From positions 158,224,001 through 158,288,000 of the forward strand of contig OZ024743.1 of NCBI GenBank assembly GCA_964016885.1: DNA of 64,000 bases, written 5' to 3'. The stretch is from Eledone cirrhosa (lineage: Eukaryota). Below are positions 12,800 to 26,666 of the stretch, one piece after another. Within the stretch, counting starts at the first letter, position 1. Each line of letters begins with the position of its first letter. The notes beneath the pieces are model-generated. The model was not told where the DNA came from. It ran no database searches and worked only from the letters and a program-made list of their open reading frames with translations. A program made the translations under genes and the position numbers.

Positions 12800-15700
12800 T
12801 ATTTACATTTATCTTGCTTTATGTTCATACGAGTTATCACCAAGTCACAACCAGTGACCTCAAGAGACAACAAGGTCCACTCTGGTTCAAGAAAGAACAC
12901 ACATGCGTCTTTATGTGTTTTGACTTGTGATGTACTTATATTGACAGAATCTTCCTTAGTATATGGGCAGTTCCCATTAGTACTATCTTTTGAATATCTT
13001 CTATACATTCCTGGGATTTGGGAAGTAATCATTAGACCCCTTAGGTATCATTCCTAGAGCGCCTACAACTACTGGTATTGTTTTAGTTCTCAACTTCCAC
13101 ATATTTCCAATTTCTATCTCCAGGTCTTTATACTTGCTCAATTTTTCAAATGATTTTATAGATACATTCTTCTCTATTGGAATGGACATATCAATTAGCA
13201 GGCATACCCTCTTTTTAAAGTCCTTCAGTTTTATTTGCATCTATTTTGGGGTCTGTTTGGATGCTAAAGTTCCACAAGATTGAGATGTGATCTTTTTCAA
13301 GTACGGGAGGTGGTTGATGCTCCCACCAATTCTTTTGATGGGGTAGGTCAAAATGCTTACACACTATCCAATGTATGTATTGTGCAGCTCTGTCGTGCCT
13401 ATTTAGGTATTTGGTTGGAGCTATAGGACTGCACATTGAAATTATATGATCAATGGTCTCTGGTTGTTTTTTACATACACGGCATAATGGGTTGCATCCA
13501 TTTTTTATTATGTTGGCTTGATAATTTTTTGTTGGCAGATACTGATCTTGTGATTATATAATCAGTCCTTCAGTCTCCGATTTCAGTCCAGAGGATGCCA
13601 ACCACTGATGGGTTAAAGTTTTGTCAACATCAGGATTGTTAGCTCTTTCTGGGTATTTTCCATACAGAGGCTTTTCTTGCCATTTCTTAGCCAGTTTCTG
13701 TAGCAGTTCTTTCTTTGCAGTTACTTTTACCTGCCTTGCTTTTTCTGTGTTTTTCATTTCAGCAGTAAATGCAACTTCTGAAATTTGTAGTTCATTATTG
13801 TATCTTTATGCATCTTTTGTAATGGAGTATGATCTTTTGATGCTTTCATGTTTCAAAACGAGTTTGATCATCCAATCATATGATTCCCTTAGATATGTAG
13901 ATAATCCAATTGTTGCAGTTTTCAACGCAATGTCTAACTGGATTAACCCACGTCCTCCTTCTTTCCTAGGGTGATATATTCTATCTGTATCTGCCTTAGG
14001 GTGATGCATTCTGTGCATGGTTAAGAATTTTCGAATTTTTGTATCGAGCCTACGGATCTCTGTGCTTGACCAGTTGATGACATTGTAACTGTAGGTTACT
14101 ACTGGTATGGCAAGCGTGTTTATGGCATCGATCCTACTCCTTGCATTCAACTCCATTCTTAAAATTGCTCTTACTCTGTGGTAACATTCCTTCCATATCC
14201 TTTCCCTCATTGTCAAGTGCTTGATTCTGTCTCCTTCACAAACACCTAGATATTTGTAAGTTTCCCCTTGATCAAATTCTCTTATCACATTCCCCCGATC
14301 AAGATTAATGTCTGAACTCTTCAGCAGCTTTCCTCTGGTGAACGTTGCTTTGGCGCATTTATCTAGTCCAAAATCCATTTTAATGTCATCACTGAACTGC
14401 TTCACAGTTACAATTGCTCATCATTTTTTGCAAATAGTTTCAGGTCATCCATGTAGAACAAGTGATTAATGGTTTTGTCATAGACTTTATATCCATGTTT
14501 TGTTTCATTGAGCATTTTACTTACTGGCATAAGTGTGATGCAGAATAAAAGCGGTGATAAAGAGTCACCCTGAAAAATTCCACAATTAATATTAACTTCT
14601 CCAGCTTCCAGTGATTTTTTTTCACTATTCAAAAGGAGTGTCGTTTTCCATGTCTTCATACTGAATGACAGGAATCTCCTGACAACGGGGGATATTTTGA
14701 AAATCTCAACACTTTTCAATCCAACTGTGTGGCAAACTATCGAATGCTTTTTTGTAATCTATCCAAGCAATTGATAGATTTTTGTGTCTATTATGACAAT
14801 CTTCCAGTATCATTTTGTTTACTAAAAGCTGATCCTTACAGCCATATGAGCCTCGTTTATACCCTTTCTGCTCATTGCGAATTAGATCATTTGCTATCAG
14901 GTGATCATATGTATATTCAGTTAGGACTGATGTTAAAATTTTATACATTGTGGTCAAGCAAGTTATCGGTCTGTAATTTTGGGGATTGTTTGTCTCATCA
15001 TTCTTCGGAAGTAGGAATGTAATGCCGTTAACTAGCCATCATGGTATCTTTTCTGATTCCTTAACTATTTCATTGTAAAGTTGGGCTAACAGCTCATGAG
15101 ACACTGTGAAGGCATTTATTCAAAAATTTGGTATTTTGTCTTTCCCTGGGGATTTCCATTTGCTGGATTTTCTAAGAGCTAAACGCAGATGTTCAACTGT
15201 TATATTTTCCCATGTTTGTTCCTCAAGGTGAGCTGTATCTTTCATTTATATGGGGCATGTATATTATGAACTTTTTCTTCAGCCCAGATCTTTTCACAGA
15301 ATTCTTGCACTTCCTCCTTGGGTGGTATTGATTTAGCAGTTATTGTTGACTTGCCAATTTTTCTGTAGAAGTTTCTTTGGTTGTTTTTGAACATATTATT
15401 GTCCTTATAGAATCTAGATCGTTTTTCAAAGCGCCTTATACGAGCAGCTTTGGCCAACATTTTTTGCTTGATTTTTTCTATCAGCATGTCTATGTCACTT
15501 GTTGATTTAAATCGTATTTTCTAAGTCTAGTTTGTTTAACATGTTCACTTACTTTGTAGTTTGCTAAAATGGCTATGTCAGATCGGATAAGGTATATTTG
15601 GCGATTGATGTTCTCTTGCCAAGTAGGTTTTTTGTGGGAATTCCTTTGTTTTTTTCATTTTCACTCCACATAAGTGAGTGGTGACTTTAGGCGATGCATA

Positions 15701-16670
15701 ATAGAGATGATTTAGATCAGTAATGTTTAGTTTATTTGTGATTATGTTTTTGAGAGCTATTTTAGTCTTGTGTATTATCTTTTGGTTTTGTTTGGAGTTC
15801 TGGATCTTAGGGAGAGTGTCTCGTTCCCCAATGTCAGATTCTTTCATTTTCATCCATTTGATCATAATTTCATTCTTCAGGTTGGCGAGTTCATTCTCAT
15901 TCATTTCTTTATCATTGACGATCTCATTGTTTTCATTTTGAGTTTCATCTTGAGCATGCACTCCTGCCACTTTTTCGATCCTTTCTTTAATTTGTTCTGC
16001 TGTCAGTGATTTCGCCCCAACCCTGGGATTAACAGTGTTACAATTTACTTCGTTTTCACTGACACATGTTTCATTTTCCCTTCGCTGACTTTGCGCTAAT
16101 TGCTTGATCTGATCAATTTCTATATCAGTTAGTATCTTTTTCTTAACAATATTTCTTCATATATTGGCTAGTTTGTTACTGTCAATATAGCCTCTGTTTT
16201 CGGGATGTTTCTTTTTCCAGTTGATATACGTCTGTTCTGTATTCGATCTATTTGATGGGTAGTACATGGCAGTGTAGAAAGCCTCAAGGACTTCTTTATT
16301 GTCTTCCCTTGACCATTTTCCTTTCTTTTTCTTTGGATTTCTTGGTGGTGAGCATGGAGGGCCAACAGTAGGAGTATTCCGGTTATGGGAGGTCTCCAGC
16401 TCCGAATTGATGGGAAGGTTTGAACCATTAGCTGATTTTTCGATCCCAGTCTGGTTCCTCTCTGACCCGGGTGACGGCCGATCCGGTATGAGTTTTTATC
16501 ATTTGACATTGGCTTTATTTTGTTGCGTTTTATCCTTAACCGCCAAGGGGTAATCATTTTGTGTTACCACTCCGAGGACGAGTGTCAACCAAGACTAGAG
16601 GGGTCATCCTCCCCTAGAGACATGGCTATTCCCCACCGGCTGCCATTGCAGTATTTCTTGGTCACAGGGG
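12800..16670 (-). mobile_element. Dong/R4-clade element (family B), near full length, multiply disrupted
   Basis: WIDYKKAFDS, GIFQGDSLSP, FYMDDLKL, GGRGL, RHD, LLIDMSIP, EKLSKYKDL; (TAA)n tail at 12763-12800; clearly diverged from family A. Confidence 0.9.
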
Positions 16671-17856
16671 TTTTTTTTTGGGGGGGGGGGGGGGTAAATT
16701 GTTATTATCATGAGTGGTTCCTTAATGTGAGCCCTGCGTGGCTAAGAAAGAAATTATTAATATAATATACTTTTTGTTGAAGTTGCCTCTGTTGTTGTTG
16801 TTGGATATGCTGGTGGTGCTGGGGCTATTTCCGGGGGGAAAGAGGAGTTTTCTATTGTTGGTGGGGAACTTCAATGCCATAGTTGTTAACTTTTGACCGA
16901 GTCACTGAGTCAGTCTATTTATATCTTTTGTTAGCCTCTCCCTTGTCTAGTGGTACCGCCACCTTCCCCTTTCTTATGTTAACAGAATGTAGTGGGGGAA
17001 TAGTGGTGGTAGCAATGATGGAGTGGTGGCGGTGGTGATGGCATAGTGGTACTATAGTGATGGCACTGTAGCCACTGTATTCTGTTGAATAGGCTGTAAT
17101 TATTATTTCGTTTGTTTGATCTGTATATATATGCGGTTTGTCACCTATGTTTAATATACATGTTGACATATTTTCTTTATATTTGAATTAAACATTTTGA
17201 GAAAACTTGAGATACAATAATAATAATTATTATTATTATGCAGGGATTGGTGGTGGTGAAATTGCCGTTATTTGGCTGTTGTATTTAGTGTACACAGAGG
17301 TGGGGATAGGTGGTGTATTTAGGTGGTGGGGGTGAAATTGCCGTTATTTGGCTGTTCTATCTAGAGTAGACAGGGGATTTTCTTCCATTTATAACCATTT
17401 TCTTTTTTTTAATATAAAATTTCTAATGCAAAATTAAATATTTGAGCCATATGCCAGGGTGTTATGGATTCTCATTTCCTGAGAGAAATACTGGTGCCTT
17501 ATGTCTCATTTGTACTAAGAATTGTTATATCACAATTGTTTTAAATATGTTAAAAATCAAAAACTTACGGGAGCGATTCCATGACACTATATCCACCACG
17601 TGTGTCTGCTTCCCTATTCTTCTTCTTATTATTATTATTATTGAATGCTATGGTTGACGGAGGCTCGGCTCTGTAAGGTATTGTAAATTTTGACCGCTAT
17701 AACAATTGTAAAGTGTTTAAAACTTTAACCAAATTCTAGACAAAAACACCCTCCTCCTCGTGAGAGGGGTCTTTCTGTCCGTTATTTGGCCCTTCGGGGT
17801 TAAATAACCGCTTATTGGGGTTTTGTGCCCAATATTTATTTCAAACGAAAAAAAAC

Positions 17857-19922
17857 ATGGCTACGAAAAAGAATTTTCATAGGTCACTCCCACTCATTCC
17901 GTCTTCTTCTTCCTCAATCGTCACTACAGCAGAGAGAAGATTGTCTCTCTCCCTCCCTTCTCTTTCGCAAGCGACGCCAGTAAAGAAAAATCATGTGCAA
18001 AGCGTGCAAAATTTCTCCAGGACGACGACAACGACGAAAAAGGTGTGCGGGAAATACGAAAACCCATTTCATTCGTCTGACGTCATGAATAATAGCAGTA
18101 GCAGCCGTAATAACAGCAGCAGCAGCAACAGTGACAAGGAAAACAACAGTAGCAGCCGCAACAGCATCAGCAGCAGCATAAACAACAAAGCATTAGCAGC
18201 AACAGCAACAACAACAGCAGCAGCAGCAACAACAACAACAACCACAGCAACAGCGGCGGCGGCAGTAGTCGTAGTACCTGCAGCAACAACAAAAGTAACA
18301 GCAGCTCTGACGACAACAACAACAACAACAACAGCAGCAAAGAAAAACGAACCTCGTTTGCAGGTATCGCAAAGAACCTGGAAACCATCCTCATAACAAA
18401 TGAGGAATTACAGGAAGCGAAGAAGATGGTGACGAAAACCGGACACCGAGCAATCTGCAAGGCAGCCGAAAAATGTTTCGAAACCCAACAGCTCTGTACG
18501 GTCACGTACCGTACAGTAAGCACAAAATCCCGTAGGGTTGAAAGAGCCACAGAGGCTCAAATACAAAAAGCCTTGTGGTCTATGTGGCAGCGGAAAACGC
18601 ATATCACCCGAGGCAAGAAATATGCCACCGTAGACGTGCTTTTTGCCACACCCCAGGAGGCAAAGGCTCAATCCTTAGTGACCCTAAGGAGCGAGGAAAT
18701 GGTGTTGGTGCCCTCCTACTGCGGGCAAAAAATTGTGAGGGTCAAACTGACCCCCCCCCCCCGTATGGCCCCTTCTTGGCTGGCCGCGTCTGTCCTCGTC
18801 GGAATCGAGGACAAAACAACTGTACTGCAAGTACAGAAAAAAGTAAGAGAAGATTGGGTCGGCACCTCCATTGAGATGTTAATCCAAACCAACCAGGAGT
18901 GCATCGAAGCTATCCCGGATGTGATAGACTTCGATAACGGCACTCAACTGCCCATAAGTGTTGAGGGCAAACGCCCGAAATGCTTTCGCTGTGGATCGAA
19001 GACTCACCTCAGGGCCTTCTGCAACGAGAAGACCCTGAGAAAGGAGAAAACCCCCCTCCTTCCGAAACCGGCTCCACGGCTACCAGCAACAGGACAAGCG
19101 GCAACTAGGAACGATAGGTCCGTGGAACCCATACCCACGCCACGGAAATCAAGAACAGCAACAGCAGTGGAAGTATTAACAACAACAACAGTAATACCAA
19201 ATGCAGCTGCAACAGAGACTCCACTGCAAACATCACCAACAACAACAAGTGAAAGAGGGGAGCTGGTACCCCTCCCCGACCTCACAGAATCAGACATGAA
19301 GTGTGAGGTGGGAGAGGGATGGCAAAAGGTCGTAAGAAGGCACAAACGCAGAAGCAGCGCATCGTCGCCTTCGAAAAGGGAGGAAAGAAATGAAAAAAGG
19401 GTAAAGGCTACTGCAAAGAGACTCACAGCAGCAACACCACCAACACCACCACCACCCACACTAGCACCACCATCACCACCGGCGACAACCCCACCGCCAA
19501 CAACAACAACACCTTCAACACCACCACCACAAGCACCAACATCGCAAACACAACAACAAAACACACACACCCAGCAACAACGACAAGAAAATAGCAGAAC
19601 CACACCCCACCCCCATAAAAACAAATGCACGGCAATAAATACACACAACAAGAAACTAATGACTTACATAATTGAACACACAGACATTCCACAGCACGAC
19701 TACATAATACCAACACCAATCAAAACGCCAACGAACATAAGACTGCTAAAAATAGCACAGAAACAATACACAAACATTAAAACGAAATTCCCCAACGCAG
19801 TTGGTGATTTCAGAGTCCTAGGAGGGACTCTCAACCGGAGAGTATATTCGGACATACTCATAGAAGAGCCGACGACCAGCCGAAGGGACGATTCAACGGT
19901 CCCTTCACCAGACGATCAATGA
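17857..19922 (+). pseudogene. Tx1 ORF1 (zinc knuckle), probable single frameshift near 18188
   Basis: CFRCGSKTHLRAFC (CX2CX4HX4C) in the 498-aa ORF; that frame stays open back to ~18189 and continues the S/N-rich tract of the ORF starting at ATG 17857. Confidence 0.75.
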
Positions 19923-20001
19923 AAAGGGATGGAGAAACCATCCTTCCTCTACGAAAAGTACGGTAAGTGGTCTTTCCCATCTTTTCCACTCCATTTTAAA
20001 C

Positions 20002-23000
20002 ATGACCTCACTCAGAATAGGCAGCATAAATGCGCGTGGCTTGGGGTCGTCATGGAAGCAGGGTCACCTGCTCAACTACCTCAGGTCACTAAACATAGAT
20101 GTAGTGGCCATCAGCGAGACCAGAATCTCCGAAGCACGGGCCTTCGCACCGATCTTCGGCGGCTACGATGTGTACGCATCTCCCAGCCGTCTTGGATCGG
20201 GAGGAGGAGTTGCTGTGCTTTTTCGGAGAGGTTTGGATCTCGCCATACGGGCCATCTTCCTGGACCCAGAGGGTAAGTTGGTGGTGCTGGATGTGACCAG
20301 CGGAGACGGGCAAGCTTTCAGACTAGTGGTCTTATATGCCCCGACAGGAGCAGGGCGGCCTGATTTCTTCCGGCGTCTGGAGACCTTTCTTGGAACGTCC
20401 CGCTCGTTAGTGGGCGACTGGAACGGGATCTTAGATGCACGCTGGGACTGTGTGGGATTAGCGGATAGGGGTGGAGGGTGTAAGAGCCTCACCAACCTGC
20501 TCAGGCGTTTTGAACTGTCTGACAGGTACCGATTGGATTTCCCGAATGTGCCAATGTGGACTTGGACAAATCGCATAGGGTCATCCAGACCATATCTAGA
20601 TAGAGTATTTTGTAGGGAAATAGATAGGTCTATCATAGTCTGTCCACAATTCAAGATAGTCAGCTACACGGACCACAAATTCGTGATCTGTGTGCTTGAC
20701 TTAGATAAATTTCATAAACGAGGACCCGGCTACTGGAAGCTAAACGCGTCCTTACCAGCGCGCAAGGCCTACAGAGACCGGATTAGCGAACTAGTTAAGC
20801 GGGCGTTGACGGGGGCCATCGTCAACAACAAGTGGTGGTTTGCTTTGAAAAGAGCGATTAGAATAGAATCCATTAGGTTTAGTAAGGCTTTAGCAATAGA
20901 GAAAAATAGAGCAGAGGGAGAACTAGTTAGAAAATTAGACGAGGCGCTTAGCAAAGGCATCGCGACCGACGTGCTTGCGGCGAAATTGGCCCTTGACCAA
21001 TTCTTCAATGCAAAGCACGAAGGCTGCGTTGTCAGAGCTAGGGTGCGTGCTCTCAGAGACGAGGGGACGAAAGCCGTTCAATGGGCCCGAGTGGCAGAGG
21101 CGCGTCGTGGCAACAAAGCCACGATCCGGTCTTTGGTGGACCACGACGGGCGCATGCTACTCGATCCCGGGCAAATGTGTGAAGCTTTTCAGCGATACTT
21201 CGCGCAGCTGTTCGGGGGCAGCGGTGGGCCGGGTCGAGGGATGGACTTTAGTGTCTACCACGACGGACTGCCGCAGCTCTCGGCCACTGAGGCGGAGTGT
21301 TGCGAAAAGCCGATAACAGCCGCTGAAGTACGGGAGGCAATGACTGGCTGCACAAGGTGTAAATCGCCTGGTTTGGATGGTCTGCCCTATGAACTTTACG
21401 TACAGATGCCAGACTTGTTCGGAGGCCTCATGGCGGACGTCTACTGCAACTGGCAACAGAACGGGAGAATTCCTAGCTCTGTGAGCCGAGGAGCGGTGGC
21501 ACTGCTGAGAAAGGATCCGAACAAGGAGGATAACATAGATAATTTCAGGCCCATAACTCTGCTAAACACAGAGTTCAAGATTTTGGCCAAGGTGCTAGCA
21601 AAGAGGTTGGCGCTTGTCGTTGGTGGTCTGGTGGGAGAGGCGCAAACATGCGCCATTCCCGACAAATCCATCCACGACAACCTCCACCTCATGCGATACA
21701 TCGTAGAGAGGGTAGCTAGGGAACCTGGCACGGGTGGGTCCTTGATCAATTTAGATCAGTCGAAAGCTTTCGATAGGGTCGACCATCGTTACCTAGCGGC
21801 AGTCCTGAGGGCGGCTGGCTTTGGGCCCGTCTTCAGAGGCTGGATCGCTGCCATGCACAGCGACATCTGCTCTGTGGTGAGAGTGAACGGTCACCTGTCG
21901 GAACCGTTCAACATCATGCGCTCGGTCCGCCAAGGATGTCCCCTCTCGTCCCTCTTGTACGTATTGACTCTCGAGCCATTACTGCACAAACTGGAGACGT
22001 TGAGTGGAGTCCCGCGCGAACTAGGATGCGGAAGATCCGTGTCAGCATATGCGGACGATGTCACCGTAGTGGTGTCGAACGCCAAACACATCGAGGCGAT
22101 CGGCACTACACTAAGAGAATACGAAGCGGTGACAGGAGCAATGATCAACCAGGAAAAGTCAGTGGGCCTGCAGCTCGGCACCTGGAGAGGCAGGTCCATG
22201 CCGTCCAACAGTGTCGTCGTACGCTGGACGGACGGACCGGTTAAATTGCTAGGGGTCTGATTCGGTCCGGACCTCCAGACGGACAAAAACTGGGACGAGG
22301 TGACGAGCAGGGTGGCTTCTCTCACCCAGAAATGGGCGGAGAGGAAGCTATCCCTGAAAGGTCGAGCGGAGGTGGCTAACGCGTACATCGCGTCTGTCAT
22401 CTGCTACCGCCTGACCGTCGTACCTTGTCCTAAGCCTCGCCTGACTGCGCTGGAGCGTTTGCTCTTTCGCTTTTTGTGGAAGGGACGCGCTCCGATGGTC
22501 AGGCGGTCCATCTGTTGTCAACACCCGCTACGTGGAGGGCTGGGCATGCCGTGGCTGATGATGTGCAGGCACGCGCTCAGGCTACGACATCTTCACCTCT
22601 TCCTCGACGGTGATCAGGTGTGGTCGCCGTTTGCTAGACACGTATTTCCCCAGCTCGTTTCCTTGACGGAGCTGCAGTCCTGGGTCAAGCGAAGACCGAG
22701 AGGGAGCGCCTGGAGACTGGAATGTCTTCAGGTGCTCACAGCCCTCGACCAATCGGGCAATGTGATCGGTGGAAACTCCACCTCGGCGTTCTATAGAGGA
22801 TTAGTGGAGGGGAAGAGCGACGACGTACTTGGGGAAACTCTAGGCGTCGACGAAAATCAACTAGCCAATCTCTTCGGAAGAACTTTCGGGCCAGGGCCTA
22901 TGGACAACTTCCAGAAATCTCTGGCCTGGCAGTGCTTCCGAGTAGCCTTGCCAGTTCGAGATAAACTCTACAGGCATGGAGGTGCCGTCAGCCGGGCATG

Positions 23001-23415
23001 TCCGAGATGCGCGCAGGGCGACGAAACCGTCCTGCACGCACTCGTCCAGTGTCCGAAAATTGCTGACTTGTGGGTTTATGTCGAACACCTGCTGTCGCGT
23101 TTAGGACGGATCCGGCTATCATCTGAGTCCATCGTGAGGATTGCCCCGCCCTCCTCCTTTAGCCGGGAAGGGCAGGCAGTTTTTATCTGTCTGGTGGCTA
23201 TGGCGAAAGAGATAGTATGGTGGACACGTTTGAAAGGGCTGAAGACGAGCACTTACCTCTTCGGTGATGCTCTGATTGACTTTTTCAAATTTCATTTGAA
23301 AAGGAAAATCAGAGTAGAGAGGGAAGTGCTCTCTTCCCAGCATTTTGTTGAAAGATGGGTGAGAGAAGCAAGAATGGCCCGAGTGAATGGGCCTACTCTG
23401 AGTATATATCTGTAA
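20002..23415 (+). pseudogene. Tx1 ORF2 (APE + RT + CCHC) with one in-frame stop
   Basis: SINARGL, GDWN, YLDRVF, TDH; KSPGLDG, VRQGCPLS, AYADD; CPRC..ETVLHALVQC; TGA 22258-22260 where LGV-W-FG is expected, same frame continues. Confidence 0.92.
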
Positions 23416-23705
23416 ATTAAAGGTGGAAAACTGGGAGAGGGCACTTGCCTTGGTGGTCAGGGTCACTGTGGCTTTTTACTGGGCTTTCTCCACAAATGTC
23501 CCTCCGAAGTCTCCCCCCTATTGGGGAATTTTTCATTGTTATTTTTTTGTTACATCCTCTGTTTTTGTTTTTTACACGCAGAAATGCCCATTTGTACCGT
23601 ACTGTATTGTCCTGCACTGTCCTTAATGTCTACTTTATGTAAACCCTTGTGGTTAATAAAGAAATCATTATTATTATTATTGTTATTATTATTATTATTG
23701 TTGTT

Positions 23706-26606
23706 GTTCTTTGAATCTCAGTCATTGATGTTATTTAATTGGAAAGTTTGTTGAAATGAATATCAAGCCACTACCTGCAGCCTCAGACATTCAGGACATA
23801 TCGGAGGGTTCTTGCTGTTCCCAGTAAGCATGCCTTGTGAAGTGTTCCAAAAAGCGGGGCTGGAATAACTTTCTTTAACCATCCTTGGAAACTCTTTGAG
23901 ATAGTACCTAGTGCGCCTATGACAATCAGGACGACTCTAACTTCATGGCAGTTCCAAATCCTTTTTACCTCCCACTTTAAGTCCTGGTATCGGTTAATTT
24001 TCTCCCTCTCCCTTTCTTGAACTCACGTGTCAAATGGGCAGGCTACATCTACAATCAGGCATGATCTTCTTTCCTTGTCCAAAACCACCAGGTCAGGCCT
24101 ATTGTGTTCCAGTTTCTTATCCGTCTGTATCCTAAAATCCCATAGCACCTTCACCTGATCGTTTTCTATCACCGACTCTGGCTTATGCTCATACCACTTC
24201 TCAGAATGTGGTAAATTGTTTACTTTGCATAGGTGCCAGTGGATCACCCTGCCCATCACATCATGTCTCCAGCCTTTATAGTGAGTCTGGGCTAGGTGTT
24301 TACACTCGGATACAATGTGAGCCACAGTCTCCTCTCTCTCTCCACAGATCCTACACAGTGGGCTAGCCTCCTCCTTGTAAATATGGTGTTTCACCCACTT
24401 CGTTTTGAGCGTCTGCTCTTGCGCAGCCATTAGCTTTCCTTCTGTAGCCTTTTTAAGGTTTCCTCTTTTTAACCAGTTCCATGTCTGTGGATCTCTAAAT
24501 TCAGTTTTCTCAAAGAAGGTACTATGAAGGGATTTTTCATGAAAGTTGCTCTTCCTCCTTGTTGTTATTTCCTCCTTAGATATCCCCTTCAGTACAATTC
24601 TGAGCATGGGCTCCCTACTGTCGGTTACGTATTTGTGCAGGTTGTTTTTCTCCATCTGAACACAGTCCTCTATGCTGATAAGACCTCTTCCACCTTCAGA
24701 TCTCTTTAAGTAGAATCTATCGACATCACTCCTCTTGTGGAACATGTTGTAGATAGTCAATAGCTTCCTAGTCTTCCTATCCATTTCTTTTTGTTCAGCA
24801 ACATTCCATCTCAGAATTCCCACACTGTACCTAATAATAGACACAGCTTGGGAATTTACTGCGCTTATGGCATTTCTGCGGTTCAGATGTGATTTTAATA
24901 TGCTTCTTACTCTCCAAATGTATTCAGTTCTTATCAATTCCTTCATGTTTTTGTTCTTAATGTTATCTCCCTCCAGAACACCCAAATACTTGTATCCTTC
25001 TTCAGTGTCAATTTCCTTTATCATCTCACCTATTTGTACCTGGATTCCGTTGCTTCTGCTCAATTTACCCCTCTTCATCACTAGGACTCCACACTTATTA
25101 ATACCAAATTGCATACATATATCATTGCTGAAAATACGGACAGTGTCAACAAATACATCCAACTCCTTCTCACTCTTCCCAAAGATCGTCCATGAAGAGG
25201 AGGTGATTGATGGTAAGCTCTCCTTTTCCCAACTTGTATCCTGCTCTCACTTTTTGCAGTATAATGATCAGGGGTATCAGGGCAAGTACAAACAACAGAT
25301 GGACAGACTATCTCCCTGGAAGATACCTCTCTTGATCTTCACGCCTCCCAAGGATTCTCCACCCGATGTTAATTCTGTTTCCCAGGACTTCATACTTTTG
25401 CTAAACAACCGTCTGATGTTATCTGCCACCTTGAAGATCTCTAGGCTTTTGGTTATCCTAGAATGAGGCACCATGTCAAATGCCTTTTTGTAGTCTATCC
25501 ATCCCAGTGTGTCTCCTCTTGCAATTCCTCATTACCATCTTATCAATAAGTAACTGGTCTTTTGTACCATGGGACTTCTTTCGGCATTCTTTCTGTTCAT
25601 CTGGTAACAAGTTGTTTGTGTGGAGGTGATGGTAGATTTCCTCAGACACAATGCTTGTTAACAGTTTCCACATTACGGATAGACATGTGAGAGGTCTTTA
25701 GTTGGTAACATCATTACCCTTGATTCGGTCTTTCATTACCAGGACTGTGGTACCCTTTGTCAACCACTCTGGTACCTCACCCGACATCAAGCAGTCATTG
25801 AACATGGTTGTCAGTTTCCGGTGGGAGGATGTTATATTTTTAATCCAATACCCCTGCACACCATCTGGGCCTGGTGATTTCCAGTTGGTTTGTTTTGTGG
25901 CCTACCCTTTAAGAGTTTAACTGTGATACTTAAATCAGTTTGTTGGTGTGCCTGTTCACTAATCTCCTTTTGTACTGTCTCAATCCACACTGCCTGATCA
26001 TTATGTTCAACATCCTGCTCCCATATTCCTCTCCAGAATGTCTTAGTCTGTTCCGCCTCAGGGATCAAGTCGTTGCCTCTTTCTTTCCCTTCAAACTGCC
26101 CAAACAGCATCTTCTGGTTGTTTTCAAACATGCGGTTCTGTCTATACTGACTGACTCTGCTCTCGTATCGCCTAATTTTTGCACTCTGTGCTACAATGCA
26201 TTGCTTCAGTTCCACTATGATAATATTTAGCTTTTTCCTCCTAGTTTTGTACTTTATTTCCAGTCTATTTTTAGTGTCTATGTTTTGTAGTGTCCCATTC
26301 AGTAGGGACTCAAGCTTTCCAATGTCATTTCTCATTTCCCTGATTTGACCATTCAGTCGTTTCTTCCACCAAGGTTCTGATCTTTCTTGTTTGTTGTTTC
26401 CTCTCGCTTTAATGCCATTTCCTCACCACATTTGCTGTTGCTTTGAGGATATTGTTGCATTGGTGAAGGTTCCTCGCCTGAAGGTATGGGATGACTTTTT
26501 TTTTTCCTGTCTACAAATCTTAGGTTCATAGGTCTCCCACTATTATTGTTCATTTCATCTATCGCTAAGTTTATGATATCAACCAAATCTTCACCTTCAT
26601 TTCTCA
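23706..26606 (-). mobile_element. Second Dong/R4 family A copy, 5'-truncated, with small deletions
   Basis: Alignable to 9319-12535 along its length; REL motifs intact; (TAA)n at both ends. Confidence 0.93.

Positions 26607-26666
<60 letters not shown>

Larger units (their letters stand above)
17643..23666 (+). mobile_element. Near-intact Tx1 (L1-group) non-LTR retrotransposon inserted in (ATT)n
   Basis: 5' UTR, ORF1 and ORF2, T-rich 3' UTR ending aataaagaaatc followed by (ATT)n; ATT repeats also precede 17643. Confidence 0.92.

Noticed and set aside
22258-22260. TGA in Tx1 ORF2 as selenocysteine or programmed readthrough
   Set aside because: It falls at the conserved Trp of LGVWFG; a single TGG-to-TGA mutation is the simplest explanation
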